A stretch of DNA of 64,000 nucleotides. Origin: Deinococcales bacterium (GTDB lineage: Bacteria > Deinococcota > Deinococci > Deinococcales > JAAFIG01). Position numbers and translations under genes: made by a program. The notes below the pieces were generated by a model, which was not told where the DNA came from, did no database searches, and worked only from the letters and a program-made list of their open reading frames with translations. The stretch lies in contig JAAFJQ010000003.1 in assembly GCA_013298185.1 (NCBI GenBank), forward strand, positions 694 through 64,693, read 5' to 3'. Positions 17,899 to 27,870 of this stretch are shown piece after piece (within the stretch, counting starts at the first letter, position 1; each line of letters starts with the position of its first letter).

Positions 17899-18870
17899 GT
17901 GAATAGCCAAACCACCATAAAACAAGAATTTCATTTTGGACGTTTTTATACCCGTTGGCAACGAATTTTAGCGCCTTATGTTTTTATTAGTCCATTTTTT
18001 ATTTTGTTTCTCGTCTTTGGTTTATTTCCAATGCTATTCTCGATTTACGTTTCCATGACCAGTTGGGATGCGATTTCTGGCTTGGGCGGCATGAAATTTG
18101 TGGGCTTAGATAATTACCGCTTTTTGTTTCTCGAGGACACGGCGTTTTGGAATTCGGTCAAACAAACTGCTTATATTGCCCTGATTTCTGGCTTACCTCA
18201 GCACCTGATTGCCATTCCTTTGGCATTTATCATCCATACGGGCATGAAAAAAATGCAAGCCTTTGTGACCGCGATTTACTTTGCGCCATTCGTAACTTCG
18301 GTGGCAGCGATTGCGGCTGTTTTCGGCACGCTGTATTCGGAACGAAGTGGCGTTTTGAATTGGCTGGTTCTCGAGGTGTTTAATAAAATCCCACTTCTGA
18401 ACAGCATCATCCCCGACGATCCAATTCGTTGGTTGGGAGATCGGCATTTGGTTCCGATTTCCATTTCAATTCTGGTGATCTGGCGTTACACAGGTTGGAA
18501 TACCGTGCTGTATTTGGCGGGTCTACAAGCCATTTCACAAGATTTATACGAAGCTGCCGAAGTGGACGGCGCATCGCGTTTTGAGCGTTTTCGCTACATC
18601 ACCTTGCCGCTTCTACGCCCAACCATGTTCACAGCTTTTACCTTCACGATTATTGGCAATATGCAGTTGTTTGCTGAGCCTTTCTTATTGGTCAACACTT
18701 CAGGTGGTGTCGCCAATTCAGGGCGAACCTCGGTGATGTACCTCTGGGACAATGCTTTCAACAATTTGCTGTTCGGTGATGCAGCTACCCAGACTTGGGT
18801 TTTGTTCGCCATCATCATTACCCTCACCATCATCAACAATCAAATCTTTGCCCGACTGAGGAATGATTAA
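17899..18870 (+). CDS. ABC sugar permease (MalF/UgpA type)
   Basis: GTG start after AAGGAAAA. EAA loop YEAAEVDGASRFERFRYITLPLLRP. The ORF-track start at 17731 overlaps the upstream gene. Confidence 0.9.
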   Translation: MNSQTTIKQEFHFGRFYTRWQRILAPYVFISPFFILFLVFGLFPMLFSIYVSMTSWDAISGLGGMKFVGLDNYRFLFLEDTAFWNSVKQTAYIALISGLPQHLIAIPLAFIIHTGMKKMQAFVTAIYFAPFVTSVAAIAAVFGTLYSERSGVLNWLVLEVFNKIPLLNSIIPDDPIRWLGDRHLVPISISILVIWRYTGWNTVLYLAGLQAISQDLYEAAEVDGASRFERFRYITLPLLRPTMFTAFTFTIIGNMQLFAEPFLLVNTSGGVANSGRTSVMYLWDNAFNNLLFGDAATQTWVLFAIIITLTIINNQIFARLRND

Positions 18871-19720
18871 GATGCAAAAACTTACCCTTGGCAATGCCTT
18901 GATTTACGGTCTGATTTTATTTGGTGGTCTGCTGATGGCATTCCCCTTGTACTTTATGCTGGTTTTTGCCACGCAAAGCCGCGAAACGATTTTTTCCTTT
19001 CCACCACCACTTGTACCGGGTAGCATTGACCAGATTGTCAGCAACTACAACGCCTTGATGAAAATGACCGACAACACCTTCTGGCGCGTCTTTTACAATA
19101 GTTTTTACCTCGCCAGCATGGCAACCATCACCACCTTATTTTTCTGCTCACTGGCAGGATTTGGTTTTGCGATGTACGACTTCAAAGGCAAGAATGCACT
19201 CTTTGCTGTGGTCGTTGCCACCCAAGCCATTCCTGCGGCGCTGAATTTGATTCCGTTTTACCTCGTCATGAACTTAATCGGCTGGATCAACCAACCTCGA
19301 GCCTTATGGTTTCCGGGCATGGCAAGTGCCTTTGGCATCTTTTTAACCCGACAATACATTCAAAGCGCGATTCCTCGAGAACTGATGGACGCAGCTCGAG
19401 TAGACGGCAGCACCGAATTTGGCATGTTTTGGCGAATTATTTTACCGCTGATTCGTCCTGCACTTGGCACATTGGGCTTAATTACTTTTATTGGCGTTTG
19501 GAACGAATTTGTACTGCAAAGCCTGATTTTTAGAAGCCCCGAAACCCGCACCCTGCAAACCCTGATTCGCGCTATTTCAGGCGGAACAACTGCCACCAAT
19601 GTTGACTACGGCGGATTGATGATGGGAACAGCGATTACGGTTTTACCACTCTTGATTATCTTTATTTTCACCTCGAGACAACTGATAACAGGTTTAACGG
19701 CTGGGTCGGTGAAGAACTAG
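18863..19720 (+). CDS. ABC sugar permease (MalG/UgpE type)
   Basis: 285 aa. EAA loop LMDAARVDGSTEFGMFWRIILPLIRP. Confidence 0.9.
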   Translation: MIKMQKLTLGNALIYGLILFGGLLMAFPLYFMLVFATQSRETIFSFPPPLVPGSIDQIVSNYNALMKMTDNTFWRVFYNSFYLASMATITTLFFCSLAGFGFAMYDFKGKNALFAVVVATQAIPAALNLIPFYLVMNLIGWINQPRALWFPGMASAFGIFLTRQYIQSAIPRELMDAARVDGSTEFGMFWRIILPLIRPALGTLGLITFIGVWNEFVLQSLIFRSPETRTLQTLIRAISGGTTATNVDYGGLMMGTAITVLPLLIIFIFTSRQLITGLTAGSVKN

Positions 19721-19736
19721 CTTTGAGCTTTGAGAC
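19721..19736. repeat. heptanucleotide units directly after the permease stop codon
   Basis: TAG-CTTTGAG-CTTTGAG-AC. Confidence 0.7.
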
Positions 19737-19829
19737 GGTTTTCTCGAGGGTTGCTTTGGTTCAGGATAGAGATAGACATTCAGCTAAAGGGTTTTCTTAT
19801 GGTTCATTGAAAGAGAGCGATGCGTTAGA

Positions 19830-19949
19830 ACTCCCCCTCGCTTCGCTCGACCCCTCAAAGAGGGGTGCTAAGTTCAAGAGCAAAGGCAGGGTTTTTGGTT
19901 TTTAAGTCCCCCTCTTTGAGGGGGAACGCGAGGAACGAGCGTGGGGAGT
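19830..19949. repeat. inverted pair of a roughly 40-nt dispersed element
   Basis: 19830-19869 is the exact reverse complement of 62721-62760. A diverged inverted copy lies at 19907-19949. Each copy contains a CCCCTC-N3-GAGGGG mini-hairpin. Confidence 0.85.
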
Positions 19950-20082
19950 CCGTAAGAGCTTGCGTCTTTTCTCGAAAACCCTAAAGCACTCACTCGAGAC
20001 CAACCAACAACGCACCTCGAGCCACCGTTTTTGATCTTTCCTTCGACCTTCGACCTTCGCCTTTCGCCCTGCTGGAGTCCCC

Positions 20083-23000
20083 ATGAAGCGCTTCCTCTTT
20101 CCTCTCCTCACCCTTAGCGCTTTTGCCTCAGCGCAAGAAAACAGTTTGCAGCTCGGGCAGCCTCGAGCCATGATTCAGCCCGAGGCAGTGTCTGGTTTTA
20201 ACTTGGGCAACATGATGAACATTGTCGAGAACCAAAAAGCCTTGCAAGCCCTGAATCCAAAAATTGTGCGTTTTCCTGCTGGCAATGTCGGCGATGACCA
20301 AGACCTGAACGCCTCGAGCATGAGGATATTTGGGATTAACTTGCGCCTTCTCGAGCAAAAAGGGGTTCGCCCCAAAGTAATTATTCAAACGAGGGCTTTT
20401 CAGGGCGCTCGAGGAAATGGGAAAAACCGCGCTGAGGATGCGGCTGAGGCGGCTCGGCTAGCGATTCAGAATAAGATCAAAGTGGCTTATTGGAGCGTAG
20501 GCAACGAGCCAAATTTGTATGCCGTGACTCGAGGCGATAAGAGTTGGACGGTTGAGAAATACTGCGATACCTTTAAGGCACACCGAACTGCGATTTTAGG
20601 CGTGCAACCCGATGCGAAGTTCGCGGGTCCAAGTACCACTGGTGATGCGGCGTTTCTCGAGGGTTTTGTGCGCTTGTGCGGCGATCAGATTGATGTGTTG
20701 ACTTGGCATGTGTACCCCACAGACGGACGAGCCACCAACGAAGCCGCGATTGCCACCATCGAGAGGGTTGATAATGAACGCGAGCAGTACATGAACCTCT
20801 GGAAAGACCCTGAGAAAAACCCGCTTGCGTATCAAAAACAAATTGGGTTTGGTTTGACCGAGTACGGTTTGTCGTACCGCACCGAAAGCAATCGTCATAT
20901 TGCCGATCAATTGGCGGGTTTGTGGGCAGCCGAAACCACTTTGCGGATGGCGAGTGCTGGTGCGACCCTGAACACGTATTTTGCTTTGCAGGGCATTGGT
21001 GGGCATGGCACACTGGATATTTCAGGTGTGCCTCGAGCCACGTATTATGCTTTTCGGCATTTGCAGAACTTTGCTGGGCAGGCGTTTCAGGTTAGCTCGA
21101 GCAACCAAAAAGTCTGGCTTCATGCGGCGCAAAAAGACAATTTGCTGACGGTGATGGCGATCAACCCCTTTGATGAGCCTCAGAATCTCGAGACAACACT
21201 GGCTGGTTGGCAACTCATTGGTGTGAAGGGCTTTACCAATGCTGTGGTGCAAGCCGAAAAACCCGATTTGGCGCTCAAGCTCGAGGCACAAATTGCACTG
21301 CCAGCCCAGAGTTTTTGGCGCTTGGTGTATCGCCGCCCGACCACTGCCCAAAAACCCAATGTGCCACTGGCATTGGCATGGCGCGAGGGCAATTACCGCG
21401 CTCCTCCTGCGCCAGAATTCAAAACGGCTCGCTATGCCCCGCCTTACCCGACCAATGTTTGGTGGGGTTCGCTCTTGTGGGAAAAATTCTCGAGCGCATT
21501 GATGGCACAACCCCTTGCCCTGCAAGCCACGGCATCTGGGATGGCACTCAATTACCCTAAGCTCGAGGTCGGCACAGAAGGCTTCGCCACGCCGTTTTCG
21601 CCTGATGTCACGGTTGGACTCGAGGGGGTGGTTTTCCCCGATGCTCGAGTGGATGCTGCTTCAGAATTTTTGGTACGGGCTGAATTTAAACAAGGTAGTA
21701 ACACCCTCCACAGCACTTTTGGGCGCGGTTTACCGTTTGCTTGGTTTAAGAGCAGTGGCAAAACCTTTAAGCTCTCATTTCTCGAGACTCCACAAACTTG
21801 GGCGTTGCCGTGTCAAGGCATTCCCTGCGAGGCTCGAGGTTTACGTTTCGGTGGGCGGGATTATGTTTTATTCAGCTCGAGCCAAAGCAGTTGGCGTGGG
21901 AATGAACGAGAATGGACTATTTCTGGTGAGGATTTAAGCGTTGCAGCATTGCCAGAAGAAGCCCAACAAAATCCAGATTTACGTTTATCTGCCACGGCGT
22001 TTCTTGCAGCGCACCAAGTCATGCCAACCAATTCAAAAGTGACGATGCAATACCTCCCTGCCTCGAGCCAAGTTCAAACAACGCATCAACTCGAGACAGG
22101 CAGCCTCATGGGTTTATACCCGCATCAATGGAAAAATACCCAGACGAAACTCGAGCCTTGGAGCTATATTTCAGCTCGAGGGCAAATTCGTTTAGCAGCA
22201 AGCAATTCTTTTGAAACGATCACCAATTACACGGGCATTCTGCCTAATTTGCCGCTCAGTGCAGACCAAGCGGCTCGAGATTCACTTCGTACAGCGTTGC
22301 TCGAGTTTGTGGCTCTGAAACGCTTCTTTCCGCTCTCGCCCGAGAGCATTCGGATTACCGATTCCTACACCGATGCTCGGAATTTTGGGCGCTTGAGCCA
22401 AATGCTCGAGGTGGCTGACCAATTGGGTGAAAAAGAAGCTGCTCAGACGATTCTGAATGCCCTCAGAGAACGGTTGGATGAATGGTTTGACCCTGCACCA
22501 CCTCATGCGCTTTTGTGGGACGGGCGTTGGGGAACTCTGATTCCTGTGCCAGCTTCGCACGGGGCAGATTATCAATTGAATGACCATCACTTTAATTTTG
22601 GGTACTTTTTGCAAGCAGCTGCCAGTGTCGCCGAACGCGACCCAACTTGGCTCGAGAAAAACCGAGCTTTGCTGGATGTATTAGCTCGAGAAATTGCTGC
22701 GCCTGACAATGACCCTGCTTTTACGCAGCACCGAAATTTTGATGCCTATGCAGGTCATTCATGGGCAAGCGGCGACACCCGAGGGCAAATGCGTGGCGCA
22801 AACCAAGAAAGCTCGAGTGAAGCCGTGAATGCTTGGGCGGGTCTGATTCGCTATGCCCAAGTCAGTCAAAACACTGCCCTGCTCGAGCATGGCATTGGCA
22901 TGTATGCCCTCGAGACCAACGCGGTTTGGCAGTATTGGTTTTCGGCTGGTGGGAATTTCCCGAGCGGTTATCCAAAAACCACGCTTGGTATCTTGTGGGG

Positions 23001-23475
23001 CAACGGCGGTGAGTACAACACATGGTGGACGAATTCTCGAGGGGCGATTCATTTGATTCAAGCCCTGCCGCTGACTGGCTCGAGTTTGTATTTGGCACGG
23101 GAAACCGATTTTGTGCAGAAGAACTTTGCGATGATTGGCGACCAGCGTTACTTCAATGATTTATCAGCGATGTACTTGGCACTCTCTAACCCAGATCAGG
23201 GGTTTTCGCTCTGGAATCAAGAATTGCGTCCTGAATTTGGGAATTCACTGACCCAAACCAAAAACTGGTTCTCGAGTTTGCAGTTTTACGGTTCACCTAT
23301 GCAGAGCATCAGCGCCAATGTGCCGCAATTCGCGGTTTTTCAAAAAAACAAAACCAGAACCTATGTCGCTTATAACCCAAGCCAAAGCACTCAAATCGCC
23401 ACCTTCTCCGATGGTACGACCCTTTCCATGCCAGCCCATCGCTATGCCCAAATCCAACTCGAGGTTCAACCATGA
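20083..23475 (+). CDS. secreted two-domain glycoside hydrolase: clan GH-A TIM-barrel domain plus GH81 endo-beta-1,3-glucanase domain
   Basis: Signal peptide MKRFLFPLLTLSAFASAQE. The N-terminal half has VRFPAGN, GNEPN and TEYG (acid/base and nucleophile Glu). The C-terminal half has the GH81 signatures NDHHFNFGYF, GHSWASG and NQESSSE. Confidence 0.8.
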   Translation: MKRFLFPLLTLSAFASAQENSLQLGQPRAMIQPEAVSGFNLGNMMNIVENQKALQALNPKIVRFPAGNVGDDQDLNASSMRIFGINLRLLEQKGVRPKVIIQTRAFQGARGNGKNRAEDAAEAARLAIQNKIKVAYWSVGNEPNLYAVTRGDKSWTVEKYCDTFKAHRTAILGVQPDAKFAGPSTTGDAAFLEGFVRLCGDQIDVLTWHVYPTDGRATNEAAIATIERVDNEREQYMNLWKDPEKNPLAYQKQIGFGLTEYGLSYRTESNRHIADQLAGLWAAETTLRMASAGATLNTYFALQGIGGHGTLDISGVPRATYYAFRHLQNFAGQAFQVSSSNQKVWLHAAQKDNLLTVMAINPFDEPQNLETTLAGWQLIGVKGFTNAVVQAEKPDLALKLEAQIALPAQSFWRLVYRRPTTAQKPNVPLALAWREGNYRAPPAPEFKTARYAPPYPTNVWWGSLLWEKFSSALMAQPLALQATASGMALNYPKLEVGTEGFATPFSPDVTVGLEGVVFPDARVDAASEFLVRAEFKQGSNTLHSTFGRGLPFAWFKSSGKTFKLSFLETPQTWALPCQGIPCEARGLRFGGRDYVLFSSSQSSWRGNEREWTISGEDLSVAALPEEAQQNPDLRLSATAFLAAHQVMPTNSKVTMQYLPASSQVQTTHQLETGSLMGLYPHQWKNTQTKLEPWSYISARGQIRLAASNSFETITNYTGILPNLPLSADQAARDSLRTALLEFVALKRFFPLSPESIRITDSYTDARNFGRLSQMLEVADQLGEKEAAQTILNALRERLDEWFDPAPPHALLWDGRWGTLIPVPASHGADYQLNDHHFNFGYFLQAAASVAERDPTWLEKNRALLDVLAREIAAPDNDPAFTQHRNFDAYAGHSWASGDTRGQMRGANQESSSEAVNAWAGLIRYAQVSQNTALLEHGIGMYALETNAVWQYWFSAGGNFPSGYPKTTLGILWGNGGEYNTWWTNSRGAIHLIQALPLTGSSLYLARETDFVQKNFAMIGDQRYFNDLSAMYLALSNPDQGFSLWNQELRPEFGNSLTQTKNWFSSLQFYGSPMQSISANVPQFAVFQKNKTRTYVAYNPSQSTQIATFSDGTTLSMPAHRYAQIQLEVQP

Positions 23476-24851
23476 CACAAGTAAAAGAAAAACCTGCCCT
23501 CCTCCGCCAAGCCTTCCCCAAGAATTTTGTTTGGGGAACAGCCACCGCTTCTTATCAAATCGAAGGCGCAGCCAACCTCGAGGGGCGCAGTCCGAGCATC
23601 TGGGACGTGTTTGCTAAAATGCCTGGTAAAGTCAAAAATGGAGACACGGGCGATGTGGCTTGTGACCATTATCATCGTTACGAATCGGATTTTGATTTGA
23701 TGCAGAGCCTTGGTTTCAATGCGTATCGCTTTTCGATGTCGTGGTCGCGGGTGCTGCCCAATGGTCGTGGGCAAGTCAACCAAAAAGGCGTGGCATTTTA
23801 TGACCGTATTGTGGATGCACTGCTGGCTCGAGGGATTGAACCGTATGTGACGCTGTACCACTGGGATTTACCACAAGTTCTCGAGGAGACTGGCGGCTGG
23901 CTCAACCGTGATACGGCTGATGCTTTTGTCGAGTATACCGACCTCATGACCAATGCCCTTGGCGACCGCCTGAAGAACTGGGCAACGCTGAATGAACCTT
24001 GGTGTTCGGCATTTTTGGGGCATGGTGTTGGGATTCATGCCCCGGGCAAAACCGATTTTGCAGCTTCGCTGCAAGCTGCTCATCATTTGCTGCTGGCGCA
24101 CGGACAAGCCATGCCAATCATTCGCCAAAATGTGCCTGATGCCAGTGCTGGGATTGTGCTGAATCCAGCGCCAGTTTATCCAGCTTCGGACTCGAGCGAG
24201 GATTTGGCTGCGGCGCATCGCGCCGATGGCTTCCAGAACCGTTGGTACTTCGACCCTGTGTTTGGCAAGGGTTACCCAGAAGATCTATGGCAAGCTTATG
24301 GAAAACATGCACCCAAAATCCAAGACGGGGACCTCGAGAAAATCGCTGCACCACTGGATTACATCGGCATCAATTACTACAGCCGCACTGTGGTCAAAGC
24401 TGCACCGATCCAAGACACTCCTTTTCCTTGGGCATTGTTGGGTTATGAGCATATGCAACTCGAAAATGTGCCACGCACTTTTTTTGACTGGGAGGTCTAC
24501 CCACAAGGGCTGACCGATTTCTTGGTGCGTCTACAAAACGAGTACCAACCCAAAAGTATCTTGATTACTGAAAACGGCGCGACCTACCAAGACCAACTGC
24601 ATAACAGTCAAATCAATGACCTCGAGCGGACTGCATATTTTGAGCAGCACCTCAGTGCCAGCCTCAAAGCCATTGGGCAGGGCGCGAAGTTGCACGGTTA
24701 TTTTGCATGGAGTTTTTTAGATAATTTTGAATGGGCAGAAGGGTATGAAAAACGCTTTGGCATGACCTACGTGGACTTTCAGACCCAAAAGCGAATCGTG
24801 AAGCACTCAGGGCGCTGGTTTCAGGCATTTTTGGGGGAGAAATCCTTATGA
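23472..24851 (+). CDS. GH1 beta-glucosidase
   Basis: 459 aa. Motifs FVWGTATASYQIEGA, TLNEPW and ITENGA. ATGA overlap with the upstream gene. Confidence 0.93.
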   Translation: MTQVKEKPALLRQAFPKNFVWGTATASYQIEGAANLEGRSPSIWDVFAKMPGKVKNGDTGDVACDHYHRYESDFDLMQSLGFNAYRFSMSWSRVLPNGRGQVNQKGVAFYDRIVDALLARGIEPYVTLYHWDLPQVLEETGGWLNRDTADAFVEYTDLMTNALGDRLKNWATLNEPWCSAFLGHGVGIHAPGKTDFAASLQAAHHLLLAHGQAMPIIRQNVPDASAGIVLNPAPVYPASDSSEDLAAAHRADGFQNRWYFDPVFGKGYPEDLWQAYGKHAPKIQDGDLEKIAAPLDYIGINYYSRTVVKAAPIQDTPFPWALLGYEHMQLENVPRTFFDWEVYPQGLTDFLVRLQNEYQPKSILITENGATYQDQLHNSQINDLERTAYFEQHLSASLKAIGQGAKLHGYFAWSFLDNFEWAEGYEKRFGMTYVDFQTQKRIVKHSGRWFQAFLGEKSL

Positions 24852-26470
24852 CCCAAACCCTCGAGCCTCCTCAAACCCTAGCTTTGATTGAAAACCCGAT
24901 TCTGCCGGGTTTTCATGCCGACCCAAGCATCTTGCGGGTAGGACAGGATTATTACATTGCCACCAGCACCTTTGAATGGTTTCCGGGGGTGCGGATTCAT
25001 CACAGCCGCGACCTTGTGCATTGGCGCACGATCAAACCGCCTTTGCGCCGCTCGAGCCAGTTGGACATGATCGGCAATCCGAACTCGTGTGGCATTTGGG
25101 CGCCTTGTTTAAGTCATGATGGTGAGCAGTTTCATTTGATTTACACCGATGTCAAAACATGGGGCGTACAAGAAGTGTTTAAGGACACCCACAATTATTT
25201 GGTCACCACCACCGACATCGAAGGCGAATGGTCAGAGCCGATTTACCTCAACTCGAGTGGCTTTGACCCCAGCTTGTTTCATGACACCGATGGGCGCAAG
25301 TGGTTGGTCAACATGCGTTGGGATCACCGTGCAGGCAAGAATCCTTTCTCTGGGATTTTGCTGCAAGAATACGACCCCAAAGCCAAAAAACTGGTTGGGG
25401 AAATCAAAAACATCTTTCTTGGCTCGCCGCTTGGTTTGGTCGAAGGCGCACACCTGTACAAACGCAATGGTTGGTATTACTTGCTGACCGCCGAGGGCGG
25501 CACCAGTTACGAACACGCCGCTACCCTGGCTCGCTCGAGAACTTTGGATGGAGATTACGAAATTCACCCAAAAAACCCACTGATCAGTTCATGGAAACAA
25601 CCTCATCTCGAGATTCAAAAAGCTGGTCATGCCAGTTTGGTCGAAACCCAAACTGGCGATTGGTACATGGCGCATTTGTGTGGTCGCCCGATTGAACCCA
25701 TCGGTGAGCGCGGTTTCTGCCCACTTGGGCGCGAAACCAGCTTACAAGCGATGGAATGGCAAGATGACTGGCTGTACGTCAAGGGCGGCGGCAACAGCCC
25801 CAAAGCGCAAGTGCCACATCCAAACCTGACCCCACATCCTTGGAAAGTCGCGCCTGCTCGAGACGACTTTGACTCGAGTGAGTTGTCGTTGGATTGGCAG
25901 AGTCAACGCATCCCAATAGATAATACTTGGCTGAGTCTGACTGAACGCCCAAGTCATGTGCGCTTGTTTGGTCGTGAGAGCCTACAAAGCCACCATCATC
26001 AAAGCCTGATTGGACGACGCTTGCAGCACTTTCATGCCACCGCCAGCACCAAACTCGAGTTTCACCCGAAGCATTTTCAGCAGATGGCGGGTATGGCAGT
26101 GTATTACGACACCAAGCACTGGGTCTATTTGCGTGTCTCGAGAGACGAAGTGCTTGGAAAAACCTTGAACATCTTGGTCAATGATGCCAATCGGTACTCT
26201 GAACCACTGCCGCAAGAGGTCTCCATCGAAAGTCTCGAGGCTGTCCATTTACAAGTGCAGTTCAAGCGCAAAACTTTTTCTTTTGCTTACTCGAGCGACG
26301 GAGAGAATTGGACACCGATTGGTGAAGATTTTGAATTGTATAAGCTCTCTGATGACTACTGCAATGGCTTGTCGTTTACAGGTGTGTTTATTGCCCTGTG
26401 CGCTCAGGACTTGGCAGGGACAAGATTAGCAGCAGACTTTGATTACTTTGAATATCACTCAGGGGATTAG
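24848..26470 (+). CDS. GH43 glycoside hydrolase (beta-xylosidase/arabinofuranosidase type) with a C-terminal beta-sandwich
   Basis: 540 aa. NPILPGFHADPSI and YYIATSTFEWFPG. ATGA overlap with GH1. Confidence 0.88.
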   Translation: MTQTLEPPQTLALIENPILPGFHADPSILRVGQDYYIATSTFEWFPGVRIHHSRDLVHWRTIKPPLRRSSQLDMIGNPNSCGIWAPCLSHDGEQFHLIYTDVKTWGVQEVFKDTHNYLVTTTDIEGEWSEPIYLNSSGFDPSLFHDTDGRKWLVNMRWDHRAGKNPFSGILLQEYDPKAKKLVGEIKNIFLGSPLGLVEGAHLYKRNGWYYLLTAEGGTSYEHAATLARSRTLDGDYEIHPKNPLISSWKQPHLEIQKAGHASLVETQTGDWYMAHLCGRPIEPIGERGFCPLGRETSLQAMEWQDDWLYVKGGGNSPKAQVPHPNLTPHPWKVAPARDDFDSSELSLDWQSQRIPIDNTWLSLTERPSHVRLFGRESLQSHHHQSLIGRRLQHFHATASTKLEFHPKHFQQMAGMAVYYDTKHWVYLRVSRDEVLGKTLNILVNDANRYSEPLPQEVSIESLEAVHLQVQFKRKTFSFAYSSDGENWTPIGEDFELYKLSDDYCNGLSFTGVFIALCAQDLAGTRLAADFDYFEYHSGD

Positions 26471-26519
26471 TGGCTGCTCGAGGGTTTGTTTAGGATATTT
26501 TGGTTTATGTTCTCTTACA

Positions 26520-26541
26520 GGGCAGACCCCTGTGTCTGCCC
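26520..26541. repeat. GC-rich hairpin of the GTAGGG family between the convergent GH43 and argR genes
   Basis: GGGCAGAC-CCCTGT-GTCTGCCC followed by CTAC. Same family as 56735-56765. Confidence 0.6.
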
Positions 26542-26561
26542 CTACAAAATGCTTTATATTT

Positions 26562-27053
26562 TCACCCCGCCAAATAATCTTCAAACTCGAGCATCACGGC
26601 TTTGGCTTGTTCAGCTGAACGCACTGCCACAAAAATCGTGTCCTGCCCTGCCAAAGTCCCAACAATGTCATCTCGAGATAACTGGTCTAAGGTCAGTGCC
26701 ACGCCCATTGCATAACCATCGCTGACTTTGAGAACCACGATGTTTTCGGCGCGGTCAATGTCGCGCACAAATTGCTTGAATTGAATTCGCAGTTCTTCGT
26801 AAGGGTCGGCTGACATGCCATATGGCGAGAGGGCATAACGGTATTTATTTTTACCAAAGGGTTGGCGCACCAGCCTGAGTTCTGAAATATCGCGGCTGAC
26901 GGTGGCTTGGGTGACTTGAAAACCCTCCTCGAGTAAGCGCTTGGCAAGGTCGCCTTGGGTTGCCACAAATTCTTTGCCAATGATCTCTTGTATTCGGCGC
27001 TGGCGGTACTCTTTGCTTTGCATAATGGTGCAGTATAACGCATATTCATGCAC
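26562..27053 (-). CDS. argR: arginine repressor
   Basis: QATVSRDISELRLVR winged-helix region and a C-terminal GTLAGQDTIFV oligomerisation core. The likely start is the second ATG at 27023. Confidence 0.88.
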   Translation of the reverse strand: MHEYALYCTIMQSKEYRQRRIQEIIGKEFVATQGDLAKRLLEEGFQVTQATVSRDISELRLVRQPFGKNKYRYALSPYGMSADPYEELRIQFKQFVRDIDRAENIVVLKVSDGYAMGVALTLDQLSRDDIVGTLAGQDTIFVAVRSAEQAKAVMLEFEDYLAG

Positions 27054-27078
27054 GCCTGAAATCAGTTACAATGCCCTT

Positions 27079-27822
27079 ATGCAACATTTTGGTTTTACCC
27101 GCACCAGCGTCCAGCGCGAGCATTCGCTTCTCACCCCTGATTCGTTTATCCGAGCGCCATTTCCGGGCGATCAAAACGGTACTCGAGTGGTGCATATCAA
27201 CCCTGCCATCGGCGCGGGTTTTACGATGTTCACACTCGAGGCAGCTTCCAACGCCACCTTTGCGCCTGCTTTGGATGGTTGCTCGAGTCTAATTTTTATT
27301 CTCGAGGGGGCGTTTAGTTTACAAATTGCCAAGAAAAAACACAGCTTAAAAGTTGGGGATTATGCTTTTTTACCACTGACTGCCGATTACACCCTGAGCA
27401 GCAAAAATGGTGGTCGTGCCATTGTTTTTGAAAAGCCTTATAACGCCATTGCTGGCACAAACCTGCCCGAAATCATCATTGGCAACAGCCAAAGCCTGCC
27501 GAAAAACCCTGTACTCGGCGACCCTCGAGTTTTGGTGCAGACCTTACTACCAGACCAACCGAGTTTTGATTTTGCGGTCAACATCATGAACTTTGAAACA
27601 GGCGCACACTTGAGCTTGGTCGAAACGCATGTGATGGAACACGGGCTGCTGATGCTCTCAGGCGGTGGGATTTACCGCCTTGGCAATGACTGGTATCCCG
27701 TACAGACTGGCGATGTGATTTATATGGCACCATACTGCCCACAATGGTTTGGGGCGCTAGGCAGTGCCTCCTCGAGCTACCTGATTTACAAGGACTGGAA
27801 TCGGCACTCCCTCGAGTCATAA
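27079..27822 (+). CDS. allE: (S)-ureidoglycine aminohydrolase-like bicupin
   Basis: 247 aa from the ATG at 27079. ETHVMEHGLLMLSGGGIYRLGNDWYPVQTGDVIYM closely matches my recollection of E. coli AllE/YlbA. Confidence 0.75.
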   Translation: MQHFGFTRTSVQREHSLLTPDSFIRAPFPGDQNGTRVVHINPAIGAGFTMFTLEAASNATFAPALDGCSSLIFILEGAFSLQIAKKKHSLKVGDYAFLPLTADYTLSSKNGGRAIVFEKPYNAIAGTNLPEIIIGNSQSLPKNPVLGDPRVLVQTLLPDQPSFDFAVNIMNFETGAHLSLVETHVMEHGLLMLSGGGIYRLGNDWYPVQTGDVIYMAPYCPQWFGALGSASSSYLIYKDWNRHSLES

Positions 27823-27856
27823 AAATTGTAGAGGCGCAGCGTGCTGCGCCCCTTTT
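27821..27856. terminator. bidirectional intrinsic terminator candidate
   Basis: AAAAA, then GGCGCAGC-GT-GCTGCGCC, then CCTTTT, between the convergent allE-like and pilT genes. Confidence 0.5.
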
Positions 27857-27870
27857 GGCAACCCGTTTTC

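Noticed and set aside
19723-19905. 60-aa ORF. Similar small ORFs lie at 56530-56769, 26486-26725 and 1830-2051.
   Set aside because: They are translations of dispersed repeat elements and GC-rich hairpins, giving strings such as GTDPCVCP and RGAARCAPT. They are not genes.
26941-27078. N-terminal extension of the allE-like ORF. Similar extensions exist at 17731-17898, 30006-30059, 31357-31659, 46667-46816, 53953-54072 and 63082-63318.
   Set aside because: The extensions overlap neighbouring genes, terminators or repeat arrays. Internal starts with RBS-like sequences give N-termini matching the expected protein families.
27024-27078. Possible ARG boxes (TGCATAAT...ATTCATGCA) between argR and the allE-like gene.
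   Set aside because: They are only loosely similar to the TGAAT-N4-ATTCA consensus as I recall it, and too weak to call without a matrix search.
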